Source: a virus (lineage: Duplodnaviria > Caudoviricetes). Taken from it: a stretch of DNA of 64,000 bases. The DNA lies in IMG/VR virus record IMGVR_UViG_3300031953_000001, one strand, 5' to 3'. A model generated the notes under the pieces. It made no database searches. It was not told the origin of the DNA and was given only the letters and a program-made list of their open reading frames with translations. A program made the position numbers and the translations under genes. Shown one piece after another: positions 37,580-46,260 of the stretch. Position 1 is the first letter of the stretch; each line of letters opens with the position of its first letter.

Positions 37580-38014
37580 GTGAATAAGAAAGCCTTTATC
37601 AAAAAGTATTTTGAGTTCTTAGAGCAGTCTGGCCTGTCTGCTAATCGGGTTCGAGTATCTTACGGAGGCGCTCTGTTGATGTTGGGGCTGAGAACCTCAA
37701 CCGACGATCTGGATTTAGACATCCCTAAAGAGTCCTATGAGCATTTGGTCACCACCCACAAACTTAAACGAGAAATGCGCAAAGTTGGTGAGTGCGCCAA
37801 CTGGAATCGCGACGTTAGTCTAAAAGCGGACGGCGATCTGAGTAAAGGCGTATTCATTGACGGCGTTTGGGTGGATACGCCAGAAGACGTACTCCGGAGA
37901 AAGAAAGCTCTCAATCGACCAAAAGATCAAGAAGATATTGTGAAGCTTACACGTCTGATTGAATACAACACGCCAACATCGCCGAAGAAATCTCGTAGTT
38001 GGGTGAACTGGTAG
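37580..38014 (+). CDS. minimal pol-beta superfamily nucleotidyltransferase (AbiEii/DUF6036-like)
   Basis: GGALLMLGLRTSTDDLDL (GG...DxD) and KKALNRPKDQEDI (K..R.KD..D); GTG start with GAGGA RBS. Confidence 0.75.
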   Translation: MNKKAFIKKYFEFLEQSGLSANRVRVSYGGALLMLGLRTSTDDLDLDIPKESYEHLVTTHKLKREMRKVGECANWNRDVSLKADGDLSKGVFIDGVWVDTPEDVLRRKKALNRPKDQEDIVKLTRLIEYNTPTSPKKSRSWVNW

Positions 38015-38036
38015 ACAGTAATAAGGGTAGTTGATT

Positions 38037-38195
38037 ATGGACAAGTCTAATGTTGAGAAAAAGATCGAAGCACAGCGGGAGCAGTTTAAGGCACAAACCA
38101 AACAGACCGACCAGGCCTTTGACGCTCTGATTAAATCCTACCCCGACCCTCAAAAGGCCTTGTCCTACCTGAAAGGACGGTTGAACATTCGGTAG
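38037..38195 (+). CDS. small hypothetical protein (52 aa, not in the ORF track)
   Basis: ATG 38037 after AAGGG, TAG 38193-38195; fills the intergenic gap. Confidence 0.55.
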   Translation: MDKSNVEKKIEAQREQFKAQTKQTDQAFDALIKSYPDPQKALSYLKGRLNIR

Positions 38196-38225
38196 TGATA
38201 GGAACTAACAGCTAAAGGACCGATT

Positions 38226-38654
38226 ATGAAACGTCTATTAAAAACCGCATTAACCTCAACGGCGGCGGTTGTCCTTATTGTCGGAAACCCTGAGAAGATG
38301 AAAGGCCAAGAGAAGTTGGCCGGCGCTTACTACCGGGCCATTACCGACTTCGTTGAATCGCAAGGCTTTGCGGTTAAAGTCGACCCAGGCGAACCCAAGA
38401 CGTGTCCAGACATGAGTGCAGCGTTCTGGATAGCGCACAGCCGTGGGGTGGATCGCATTCGATGCATCGATCCTAAGGATCAATGGCGGTTTTTAAAGTT
38501 AGGTGACCCAGACGGCGTTATCCACCCGGTCGACGCTAAATGGCAGGCTGGAATCACCGATCACCGAGGCTCTAAGGAGATGCCCCCCAAGGAACACTTT
38601 GAATTCACTGAGAATCAGAAGCAAGCAATTGTGGATCTGATCAAAAAACTATAA
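38226..38654 (+). CDS. hypothetical protein, possible minimal alpha/beta-hydrolase fold
   Basis: VVLIVGNP...WIAHSRG resembles a nucleophile elbow. Confidence 0.55.
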   Translation: MKRLLKTALTSTAAVVLIVGNPEKMKGQEKLAGAYYRAITDFVESQGFAVKVDPGEPKTCPDMSAAFWIAHSRGVDRIRCIDPKDQWRFLKLGDPDGVIHPVDAKWQAGITDHRGSKEMPPKEHFEFTENQKQAIVDLIKKL

Positions 38655-38741
38655 GGTAAGGAATACCGAAGTAGGTCGTTATTCCCTTAACTGAAGTAAA
38701 ACCAATTTTAAAACCCGCTCCTAACCACAAAGAGACATGCT

Positions 38742-39239
38742 ATGAACCTATTGATCATTGGCCATCGACAACACGGTAAGACCGACGTTGGTAAAACGCT
38801 GGCGGATCGGTTGGCCACCAAAGCTCACGATTCGTCCTGGTTCATGGCCGAGCGAGTCGTTTACCCGGCCCTTAAAGTTGAGTGCGGCTATTCGAGCGTT
38901 GAGGACTGTTACGCCGACCGAGGCCGCCACCGTCAGGCGTGGTTTGAGTTGATCGAAGCGTACAACGACGAACCCGACCGTCTGACTCGGGCTATCTTAA
39001 GCGAAGGCACCATCTACATTGGGATGCGCTCTCGCATGGAGTTTGAAGGCTCCAAGCAGCACTTTGATGCGGTGATCTGGGTAGACGGCTCAGAACGAGT
39101 GTCTGAGGAACCGGCCACATCCATGAAGTTAACGCCTGCCGATGCCGATTATGTCATTAACAACAACGGCACGGTTGACGAGCTTCCGGCTCAGATCGAA
39201 CGATTATTACTCTGGTTAAACGAGATACAGTATGAATAA
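38742..39239 (+). CDS. P-loop deoxynucleoside monophosphate kinase-like protein
   Basis: LLIIGHRQHGKTDV, IYIGMRSRMEF, ADYVINNNGTVDEL. Confidence 0.75.
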   Translation: MNLLIIGHRQHGKTDVGKTLADRLATKAHDSSWFMAERVVYPALKVECGYSSVEDCYADRGRHRQAWFELIEAYNDEPDRLTRAILSEGTIYIGMRSRMEFEGSKQHFDAVIWVDGSERVSEEPATSMKLTPADADYVINNNGTVDELPAQIERLLLWLNEIQYE

Positions 39240-39414
39240 ACTGTCTGTTATTTTAGACGCACTGGAAGCCAACGGCATACGTGTTGTGCCACCCCCGCCC
39301 ATAAAACAATCCAAACACAAGCCACCGACGGAAGAGCAGGAACGTCTGAAACTCGAAGCGCAACGCAAACGCGAGCGTCGGGCTCAGAAACGCCGCCGCG
39401 CCAGCACTCGGTAA
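39232..39414 (+). CDS. small basic protein
   Basis: 60 aa, overlaps the previous stop, Arg/Lys-rich C-terminus. Confidence 0.5.
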   Translation: MNKLSVILDALEANGIRVVPPPPIKQSKHKPPTEEQERLKLEAQRKRERRAQKRRRASTR

Positions 39415-39612
39415 GAAGACTCACATTAATCCAATAGATGAGAAGGAAGTGATACGTGTACGCTACTGGCAGTATCTTAACCATGCCCCGGATAATAATC
39501 CTTCTGGTTGCTTTGATTAAGATCAGTGAATTCACTGAGTCCAAATCTTACGTAAGGCAAACCTCTTTGGCCGATACGGAAATTCAACTCACCCACTCGA
39601 CCGAGGTACTTC

Positions 39613-39825
39613 ATGTCTCCAGATAGACCCCAAGTCGACTTAGACAACACCGGGATGGACGAACGCACCATCGAAAAACGCTACGCGGCCCTGATGGGTA
39701 AAAAGAAGTCCAAGCTGGATCGAACCCAGACGGATGAGAACGCCCTTCAGGACGCTCAGGAGAAACGTCGATTAAAGGCGCGTAAACGTCTAGCCCAAAC
39801 TGCAACGGTCGCTCAGAGTGTTTAG
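39613..39825 (+). CDS. small basic helical protein
   Basis: 70 aa, GAGG RBS. Confidence 0.55.
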   Translation: MSPDRPQVDLDNTGMDERTIEKRYAALMGKKKSKLDRTQTDENALQDAQEKRRLKARKRLAQTATVAQSV

Positions 39826-40291
39826 AACCTGCTTCTACGCGATCTTTGTCTTTGCGTTGCTGTGTCTGGGTGCCCCTGTGGCCTCAGCCGACACCCGCTG
39901 GACAATCAATCCGAACCACATCGCCCGCTATTACGACGGCGATACGTTCTACGTAAATCTGCCCGGACTGCCGGTGGTCTTCGGAGAGGAGCTGCCAATC
40001 CGACTGCTGAACATCGACACTCCTGAATTGCGCAGTCGCTGTAAAGACCCAGATATAAAACTTCAAGAGAAAGCCCTGGCTCGTGAGGCTCGGGATTACC
40101 TTATCCAACAGTTGGAGCAAGCGCAGGTTATTCGCATCCAAGATCTGGAGCGGGGCAGTTTCTTTCGAGTGGTGGCCAACGTGTACATTGACGACGTTTG
40201 GCTCAACGCTCAGATGGTGGAAGCCGGCTACGCGGTAGACGTCTTTGATGGTAAGAGTGCCGACTGGTGTGAGTTGCTGATCGGACAATAA
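39818..40291 (+). CDS. thermonuclease (SNase) family nuclease with signal peptide
   Basis: YDGDTF, IRLLNIDTPE, RVVANVY, LNAQMVEAGYA; hydrophobic N-terminus ending ASA. Confidence 0.9.
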   Translation: MFRTCFYAIFVFALLCLGAPVASADTRWTINPNHIARYYDGDTFYVNLPGLPVVFGEELPIRLLNIDTPELRSRCKDPDIKLQEKALAREARDYLIQQLEQAQVIRIQDLERGSFFRVVANVYIDDVWLNAQMVEAGYAVDVFDGKSADWCELLIGQ

Positions 40292-40292
40292 A

Positions 40293-40328
40293 CGGCATAA
40301 GGGAAGGGCCGTGGCCCTTCCCTATGTC
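40293..40328. terminator. bidirectional terminator
   Basis: CGGCATA-AGGGAAGGGCC-gt-GGCCCTTCCC-TATGTC. Confidence 0.8.
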
Positions 40329-40332
40329 TGCC

Positions 40333-40563
40333 TCAAACGTAGTAACCGCCAACGTCCGCTGTCCCGCGATTGTCTACGGGTTCCACGTCGCGATCTTGAG
40401 ACGACGCAATCACGTTCCCTTTTGCCAACCACTGTTCCACGTCAAGTGCTAGCTCAGCGCGTAAAGCCGGTTTGTTCCACGCTTGGGTCTTGATGTGCCG
40501 GATCGTGTCGTTTGAAGGAGTCTCCAGGTCCTGATCCGAGCCGCTGTTGTTTGACAGTACCAT
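40333..40563 (-). CDS. small protein with a SutA-like motif
   Basis: RAELALDVEQWLAKGNVI; own ATGGTATG motif upstream and terminator downstream. Confidence 0.55.
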   Translation of the reverse strand: MVLSNNSGSDQDLETPSNDTIRHIKTQAWNKPALRAELALDVEQWLAKGNVIASSQDRDVEPVDNRGTADVGGYYV

Positions 40564-40607
40564 CTTCTACGTTCCCATGTTAGGTTTGTGTGTAACACTC
40601 AGTGTGC

Positions 40608-40615
40608 CATACCAT
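40608..40615 (-). promoter_or_regulatory. putative late promoter core ATGGTATG
   Basis: CATACCAT on + strand, 45 nt upstream of the minus-strand ORF. Confidence 0.5.
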
Positions 40616-40673
40616 GAGAACAACAATTCCATCCAGTCATCTATTGTCGAAATAATGCGTGGACTATAAACCG

Positions 40674-40704
40674 AGGTAGGACCTAGGTCCTACCTTTTAT
40701 GCCC
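40674..40704 (+). terminator. hairpin with TATGCCC tail
   Basis: AGGTAGGACC-ta-GGTCCTACCT-tt-TATGCCC. Confidence 0.65.
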
Positions 40705-40768
40705 CTTTAGTCGTTAATCTAGACACCACAGCCACTTATTTTGACCCACGGCCCCTTTGGAGGTTCTT

Positions 40769-41323
40769 ATGTTTAGTTACAAGGCACAGCTTGAAGAGCT
40801 AAAGTCTACGTTGGACAAACTTCAACACGAGATTGAAATTCGGTTGAACGTCGGGGAAGACCCCGGTGAGGTGTGCATCGATCTGCGTCACACGCTAAAA
40901 GGTCTGTCTAAGGAAAAGGTGTTTGACATACACACGCATCTGCCAGCGTCAGAAGAGAAGTTCGAGCGAGTGTTGGCGGCGTTGTTGCACGACGCGTTAG
41001 GACGCCACTGCGTAGACATCGGTGTGCTTAACGACAACACTCAACTGCTTGAAGCATTGTACACCCGTTGTCCGGAGTGGGATACCGTTGCCTGGGACGC
41101 CGACCTGGCTCGAAAGAGCATCAACTCTTTGTCTATCGCCCACCTGATCCGCCACTTAACGCTTAAAGACAGAGTTTTCTATCGGGTCAGTTTGATGGCT
41201 TCCCAAACCCACGACCCGAGGATTGACGTCATTGCAGAACATGAGCCGCACTTGAAACGCATCGTCATATTTGGTCTTGAAGTCATCGGTCGAGAACTTC
41301 CATCATTCATTAAAACCTCGTAA
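40769..41323 (+). CDS. hypothetical protein
   Basis: ATG 40769 after GGAGG. Confidence 0.7.
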   Translation: MFSYKAQLEELKSTLDKLQHEIEIRLNVGEDPGEVCIDLRHTLKGLSKEKVFDIHTHLPASEEKFERVLAALLHDALGRHCVDIGVLNDNTQLLEALYTRCPEWDTVAWDADLARKSINSLSIAHLIRHLTLKDRVFYRVSLMASQTHDPRIDVIAEHEPHLKRIVIFGLEVIGRELPSFIKTS

Positions 41324-41351
41324 AATACCCCCCCCCCATAAGGAAACCTGT

Positions 41352-41813
41352 ATGAATCACTTAGACGCTGATGCAATCGGTGAACTGGAATCTCAAATGA
41401 CGACTGTCGTCAATACCGTTGTCTCTACCCTAGTGGCGGAAAATAAAGACTTCGCTCACTCTGTGGGTACCGAGATGATGGAGCTATTGATGGAGCGGTT
41501 CCAACACAGTCGACCCCGACCGGCTGCAAAGGCAACGGGACTTGATTTCATGTCGTCTGTCTTTCGAGTAGGTCAGATCAAAGCCCTACTCGAAGACACC
41601 CCCGACGATCGCTTGGTCTTGTGTCAGATCGTAGGAGACAAGTCTGGTGTGTGCAACGCCTTTGTAGACATGGGGATGCTGAAGAAAGGCGATGGCCCTA
41701 TGATGATCACAGTCGGTCATCCTGAGATAGCCCACTTAACCGGCACCGCCGACTACACCGAGCGGAACACGATAATTAATGGGATGGTCGAGCAGTTAAA
41801 TAGACTGAGGTAA
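41352..41813 (+). CDS. hypothetical protein
   Basis: ATG 41352 after AAGGA. Confidence 0.7.
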   Translation: MNHLDADAIGELESQMTTVVNTVVSTLVAENKDFAHSVGTEMMELLMERFQHSRPRPAAKATGLDFMSSVFRVGQIKALLEDTPDDRLVLCQIVGDKSGVCNAFVDMGMLKKGDGPMMITVGHPEIAHLTGTADYTERNTIINGMVEQLNRLR

Positions 41814-41829
41814 AGGTCGGTGCGATTTA

Positions 41830-41858
41830 AAGGGGACCTTAGGGTCCTCTTATTTTTT
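41830..41858 (+). terminator. intrinsic terminator
   Basis: AAGGGGACC-ttag-GGTCCTCTT followed by a T tract. Confidence 0.75.
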
Positions 41859-41907
41859 GACTGCACTGAACGATTCTATACTCACCTCCCTTCTTGGAGA
41901 CTCGCTC

Positions 41908-42330
41908 ATGACCAACGTTCTTCCATTCAAACCCAAGACCTCCACCGACAACGACGTGGATCGGTTCTTAGAGTTCGCACACGGGTTGATCTTCGACGCC
42001 CGGCCCTCAACTGATCGTATGGACTTTACCATGGGTACCGTGACAGTGAGCGCGCAGAATATTCTCCGCAGCTACGAAGAACAACACTGGAAACACTTTA
42101 TTGAAGATAAGATCATGGCTGCCAGCGGATTGACGTCCTTGATGATGGCCACCCCAGACATAACCCGTACTGAACTGTTTGATGTCGCGGCTGTAGACGT
42201 TCAACTGTGGAGTAAAATCCCACACCTAGAACACTTCATCACCGCCAGCAATTGTGAGTTTGAATACAACTTTCGCACCGTCAATTACGACCTTGCTCAA
42301 ATCGCGTTTCAGATCCAACGTGGCGATTAA
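41908..42330 (+). CDS. hypothetical protein
   Basis: ATG 41908 after GGAG; MTNVLPFKPK start. Confidence 0.65.
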   Translation: MTNVLPFKPKTSTDNDVDRFLEFAHGLIFDARPSTDRMDFTMGTVTVSAQNILRSYEEQHWKHFIEDKIMAASGLTSLMMATPDITRTELFDVAAVDVQLWSKIPHLEHFITASNCEFEYNFRTVNYDLAQIAFQIQRGD

Positions 42331-42367
42331 GTTCAGTAAAGACACCGTCACTTATTAGGAGCATTGA

Positions 42368-42931
42368 ATGGCCAAGGCATCAGCGGGCATGTCGAAGTAC
42401 GCGCACAAGGTTAGAAAACCATATCCAACGTTGTATCACATTTCGTTTAACGAAGAGCTACAGGGCGTCTGGCAACCGAAGTCTCCAGATGGGGATTACG
42501 ACGACAGTGGCGATGACGCCCTTTATGGAGAACCAACCACCCCCCGCATTTCACTTTCGCCGTCAGTGGAACAAGCCTTTCAAGCGGTGTACGCCAACGT
42601 AAAGCATTTATTCGACAAGTACCCTTATTTGATTTTCTTTGTGTATCAGCCAGTCTTTAAAGGAACGGAAAGAATCGTTGATCCAGGTCAGTTTTCCAAA
42701 CACCGCCTGGTTCACGATGCCCACATCACCGAAGAACACTCAGTTCTAGATCCTTTAAAGATGGCGTTATTGTCCAGAGTTAAAATACATAAACCAAACG
42801 ATAAGAATAGAGTCAACTATTACGCGTTTAACGTTAAGGCGAACGAGTATTACGGTTGGCTCCCTGGGCAAATTAATGCCGAATGGATGTCTTTAGAGTC
42901 ACGGTCATCCGTGGCGTGGTTAAACTGGTAA
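42368..42931 (+). CDS. putative ADP-ribosyltransferase-fold protein
   Basis: LYHIS...PRISLSPSVEQA...DAHITEEH pattern (H, SxS, E). Confidence 0.5.
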   Translation: MAKASAGMSKYAHKVRKPYPTLYHISFNEELQGVWQPKSPDGDYDDSGDDALYGEPTTPRISLSPSVEQAFQAVYANVKHLFDKYPYLIFFVYQPVFKGTERIVDPGQFSKHRLVHDAHITEEHSVLDPLKMALLSRVKIHKPNDKNRVNYYAFNVKANEYYGWLPGQINAEWMSLESRSSVAWLNW

Positions 42932-43489
42932 ATGGAGAGTAACATGGTTAAGACACCTTGGGACCCGGAGTTCACTCCGAGTTACACACCCAAAGAGATG
43001 CTTGAGTTAGGTGTGTTCGAAGGTAAGTACATCAACGCTTTATCTGGTTTACCCCCCGCCTGGTACAAACTGCCTAAAGTACTGGGACCCAAAGACGAGC
43101 CCGATGCCACCATCGATCACTTTGGGGTCAAGTCCCGCCAGCCGCTGTCGGAGTGGAAGAAGAAAGGATGGACAACGGACTTGTCTCCTTATGGCTGGTT
43201 TCAGTGGTATTGCCTGTATTGGACGGGGCGTAGGAACGACAAAGAAGACACGCTTCAGATCGGCCGGTGGAAAAGTTTTATAGCACGTCACCAAGGGCAA
43301 GTCGACGCTAAGTGTACGCCTAAGGATCGGACGTGCAACACCCGCCAACGCCAGGGATTGTTACAATGGGCCTGGGACTCAGCAACGTCGTTTACCGAAG
43401 CCCAACGCAAAGCCAACCTGTCTCGGTTAAAGAAGCGCCCTGAGGTCACGTTAGAAGACCGCCGTTCGCACTCGTATCTTAATTGGTGA
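42932..43489 (+). CDS. conserved Trp-rich hypothetical protein
   Basis: FTPSYTPKEMLELGVF, PYGWFQWYC.YW.GRR, QIGRWKSF, RQRQGLLQWAWD. Confidence 0.7.
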   Translation: MESNMVKTPWDPEFTPSYTPKEMLELGVFEGKYINALSGLPPAWYKLPKVLGPKDEPDATIDHFGVKSRQPLSEWKKKGWTTDLSPYGWFQWYCLYWTGRRNDKEDTLQIGRWKSFIARHQGQVDAKCTPKDRTCNTRQRQGLLQWAWDSATSFTEAQRKANLSRLKKRPEVTLEDRRSHSYLNW

Positions 43490-43494
43490 TCCTT

Positions 43495-43794
43495 ATGCCT
43501 AGAGCCGTGTCCGTTTTGAGACTCAGTATAACCCCTGACAACTTAGCCCGTCAGATCGTGATGGATGGGTTTGCCATGCAGAAGAAATACCCGTCTCGCC
43601 TTGTTGAAAGTGCGTTGCCCGTCCCCATCGCTAAGAACTGCCGCGGTCGATTGGCAGCAAAAAATGGTGTGTTTTTAGATCCGGAGTTCCATTCGCTGTT
43701 CGATAAAGCCATTCGACTGATTCAAACGTCGATCCCTACCCCACAAGAGATACCCGACGATGTCGAACTCACATGCAGTTGTGACCGAGGTTAG
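43495..43794 (+). CDS. hypothetical protein
   Basis: ATG 43495 just after the previous stop. Confidence 0.5.
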   Translation: MPRAVSVLRLSITPDNLARQIVMDGFAMQKKYPSRLVESALPVPIAKNCRGRLAAKNGVFLDPEFHSLFDKAIRLIQTSIPTPQEIPDDVELTCSCDRG

Positions 43795-43972
43795 AGGTGC
43801 TACCTCGACGCACACCTGCCCTAAGTGCGAAGGGCCTGCCACTTGCGCCATGGAGACGGGTAAGTCAATATCGGCCTGTTGGTGTTTGCAGTACTCCCCA
43901 GTACCTTTAACGCCTGACGCTGTAAGCGATCAATGCATGTGTCGGCGGTGTCTTCAGAGTCTGACGTCTTAA
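43760..43972 (+). CDS. cysteine-rich CWC-family small protein
   Basis: CPKC...C......CWC...CMCRRCL. Confidence 0.75.
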   Translation: MSNSHAVVTEVRGATSTHTCPKCEGPATCAMETGKSISACWCLQYSPVPLTPDAVSDQCMCRRCLQSLTS

Positions 43973-44045
43973 GTATAGCGGGGACACTCCTCGCTTTTTT
44001 TTGTCTCTATAGTTTGATTGAACACCTCACTTGGAGTAATTGCAG

Positions 44046-46085
44046 ATGCTTTCAAATATACGACGCGTGCTGGGGTCGATTGATATTCGGGAGAAGAACG
44101 ACGAGATCCACGTCAGTGGTATTCCAGCGAACATCATGGCCGGCGACATCGCGCGTATCTGGAAGACTTCCCGCATCAACACCTACATGTTCACGCAGCA
44201 AGGAAGAAGCAACTTCTCCTTCCCTAAGTTTTTTACGGTAGACGTGGTCTTTGCTTTGAACCGACTCAAGGAAGAGGCAAGAACGTACACCAGCCGGCGC
44301 GCCGCGGATAAGATCATTGCTGGCATTGAATTGATCACTTGGTTGTCATCCACCAAAGATGAACGTCCAGACATCCTGGATTTTCGAGAAGCCAAGCAAT
44401 TTAAGAAGACCATGTTGCCGCATCAGGACGAGTTCCTTAAGCAATACAACGACATAGTACCTCGCTATGAGTTAAACGGGTACATGTTAGCAGCGCCTCC
44501 TGGGGCCGGTAAGACCTTAACAGGGTTACTGCTACACGAGATGCTTAAGCACGACGTCGTGGTGTGTGTGGTCCCTAAGGTCTCTGTAGAGCGCGTCTGG
44601 GTGAAAGCTTTGCTGGAAGAGTACCGGCGTCCTAAAGAGAAGTACTGGGACTCGGTCACCAAAGGCGACATTGTTGATGGTCTTGATGCTTACGTGGTGC
44701 ATTACGAGTCGTTGAACAAGTTGCAAGAGATTGTGCCTTACCTACGCCGTAAACAGGTCACCGTGATTCTGGACGAATCGCACAACATGAATGAGATCGG
44801 CTCTCAGCGCACCGAGAACTTTGTCGAGTTCTGCAAAACCATAGGCGCAGAACACGTAGTCTGGTCCTCGGGCACACCGCTCAAAGCCATGGGGTCTGAG
44901 ATGATCCCGTTCTTGCGCACCACAGACAAGCATTTTAATTCCGGGGTGGAAGACCGGTTCAAGCGCATCTACGGCATGAGTGTGGCTCGGGCCAACGACA
45001 TTCTGTCTAATCGCCTGGGCATTGTCTCCTATCGGGTGGAGAAGTCCTTGGTGGTGCCGGGTGAGCCTTCTGAAGAGACGATCAAGATTCAGATACCCAA
45101 CGGGGACCATTACACCTTACGGGCTGTTGCCGAGCGGATGCGGGAGTTCATAGCGCAGCGGTTGGAGTATTACCGTGCCAACATGCCTGAGTTCAAGGAA
45201 ACGTATCGGCGCAGTTTGGATGTCTTTGCACAAACGCTGAAGACGCAACGTGAGCTGGATGAATTCCGCTTCTACGAACACAAGGTCAAGCAGATCCGAG
45301 CCACTAAGGATTACTCAACCGTCGCTGACATCATGATGGAGGCAAACCAATACGAACTTAAAACGATTCTTCCAGCTTTGCCTAACGAGCTGAGAAGTCC
45401 GTTTAAGAACGTCCGGTCCATCATTAAGTACGTTGACTTAAAAGTCCGGGGGGAAGCGCTGGGCAGTATCTTAGGTCGAGCTCGAATCGAGTGTCATACT
45501 GAGATGGTGCCGTATTCTGGGTTGCCTGACATCATTAAAACGGCGGCTAAGAAGACACTCATCTTCACCAGTTACGTTGACGTGGTGAAGACGGCAGACG
45601 CTTACTTGAAAACACAGGGTTTTAAACCAGCCACGGTGTTTGGGGAGACCAACAAGGACTTGGCTAGGATCATCGGCCAGGTAGATAAGGATGCAACCGT
45701 CAACCCACTACTGGCCACCTACGCCTCCTTATCAACGGCCATGCCTTTGGTGATGGCCAATGTGGTGGTGATGTTGAACCAACCCTTTAGATCTCACGAG
45801 CGCGAACAAGCAGTGGCGCGTGTGCATCGATTAGGACAAGACAGTCAGGTCTATTTCATCACCATCTTACTGGACACCGGCGATGAACCCAACGTCTCCA
45901 CTCGATCCTCTGACATTATGGAATGGTCCAAACGTCAGGTTGAGGAGATGATGGGGGTAAGAGGCGATGTGTCGTTGGAGGCGTACGGGGAGTTAAACGA
46001 CCCTGAGATCCAATTGATTCCTCACCTTGAGGAAATTGAGCAACTTCTGAATCCACCGGCAAACCGCCAGTGGCACACTTGGTAA
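44046..46085 (+). CDS. SF2 (SNF2-like) helicase
   Basis: Walker [17 protein letters not shown], motif [14 protein letters not shown]; GGAG RBS. Confidence 0.9.
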   Translation: MLSNIRRVLGSIDIREKNDEIHVSGIPANIMAGDIARIWKTSRINTYMFTQQGRSNFSFPKFFTVDVVFALNRLKEEARTYTSRRAADKIIAGIELITWLSSTKDERPDILDFREAKQFKKTMLPHQDEFLKQYNDIVPRYELNGYMLAAPPGAGKTLTGLLLHEMLKHDVVVCVVPKVSVERVWVKALLEEYRRPKEKYWDSVTKGDIVDGLDAYVVHYESLNKLQEIVPYLRRKQVTVILDESHNMNEIGSQRTENFVEFCKTIGAEHVVWSSGTPLKAMGSEMIPFLRTTDKHFNSGVEDRFKRIYGMSVARANDILSNRLGIVSYRVEKSLVVPGEPSEETIKIQIPNGDHYTLRAVAERMREFIAQRLEYYRANMPEFKETYRRSLDVFAQTLKTQRELDEFRFYEHKVKQIRATKDYSTVADIMMEANQYELKTILPALPNELRSPFKNVRSIIKYVDLKVRGEALGSILGRARIECHTEMVPYSGLPDIIKTAAKKTLIFTSYVDVVKTADAYLKTQGFKPATVFGETNKDLARIIGQVDKDATVNPLLATYASLSTAMPLVMANVVVMLNQPFRSHEREQAVARVHRLGQDSQVYFITILLDTGDEPNVSTRSSDIMEWSKRQVEEMMGVRGDVSLEAYGELNDPEIQLIPHLEEIEQLLNPPANRQWHTW

Positions 46086-46130
46086 ACGGCAAGTAGATCC
46101 ACCGCGATGCTACGGTATAAGACATAACCT

Positions 46131-46162
46131 GGGGTAGGGCTTAGGCCCTACCCTCTATGCCG
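46131..46162 (+). terminator. hairpin terminator with TATGCCG tail
   Basis: GGGTAGGGC-ttag-GCCCTACCC-tc-TATGCCG. Confidence 0.8.
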
Positions 46163-46190
46163 TCTAAAACCGTTGATCCAACCGAATCTC

Positions 46191-46210
46191 AAACCTATAT
46201 CACACAGGTG
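46191..46210 (+). promoter_or_regulatory. putative early promoter
   Basis: AAACCTATATCACACAGGTG. Confidence 0.65.
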
Positions 46211-46260
46211 ACTTGGAGCAGCATACCGCTGTAACCGTAACCCGTAGAAGGAAATTAACC

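Noticed and set aside
39415-39612. About 200 nt gap as a possible tRNA or ncRNA
   Set aside because: I could not find a cloverleaf, T-loop consensus or convincing long stem; the minus-strand ORFs here oppose the operon and lack an RBS.
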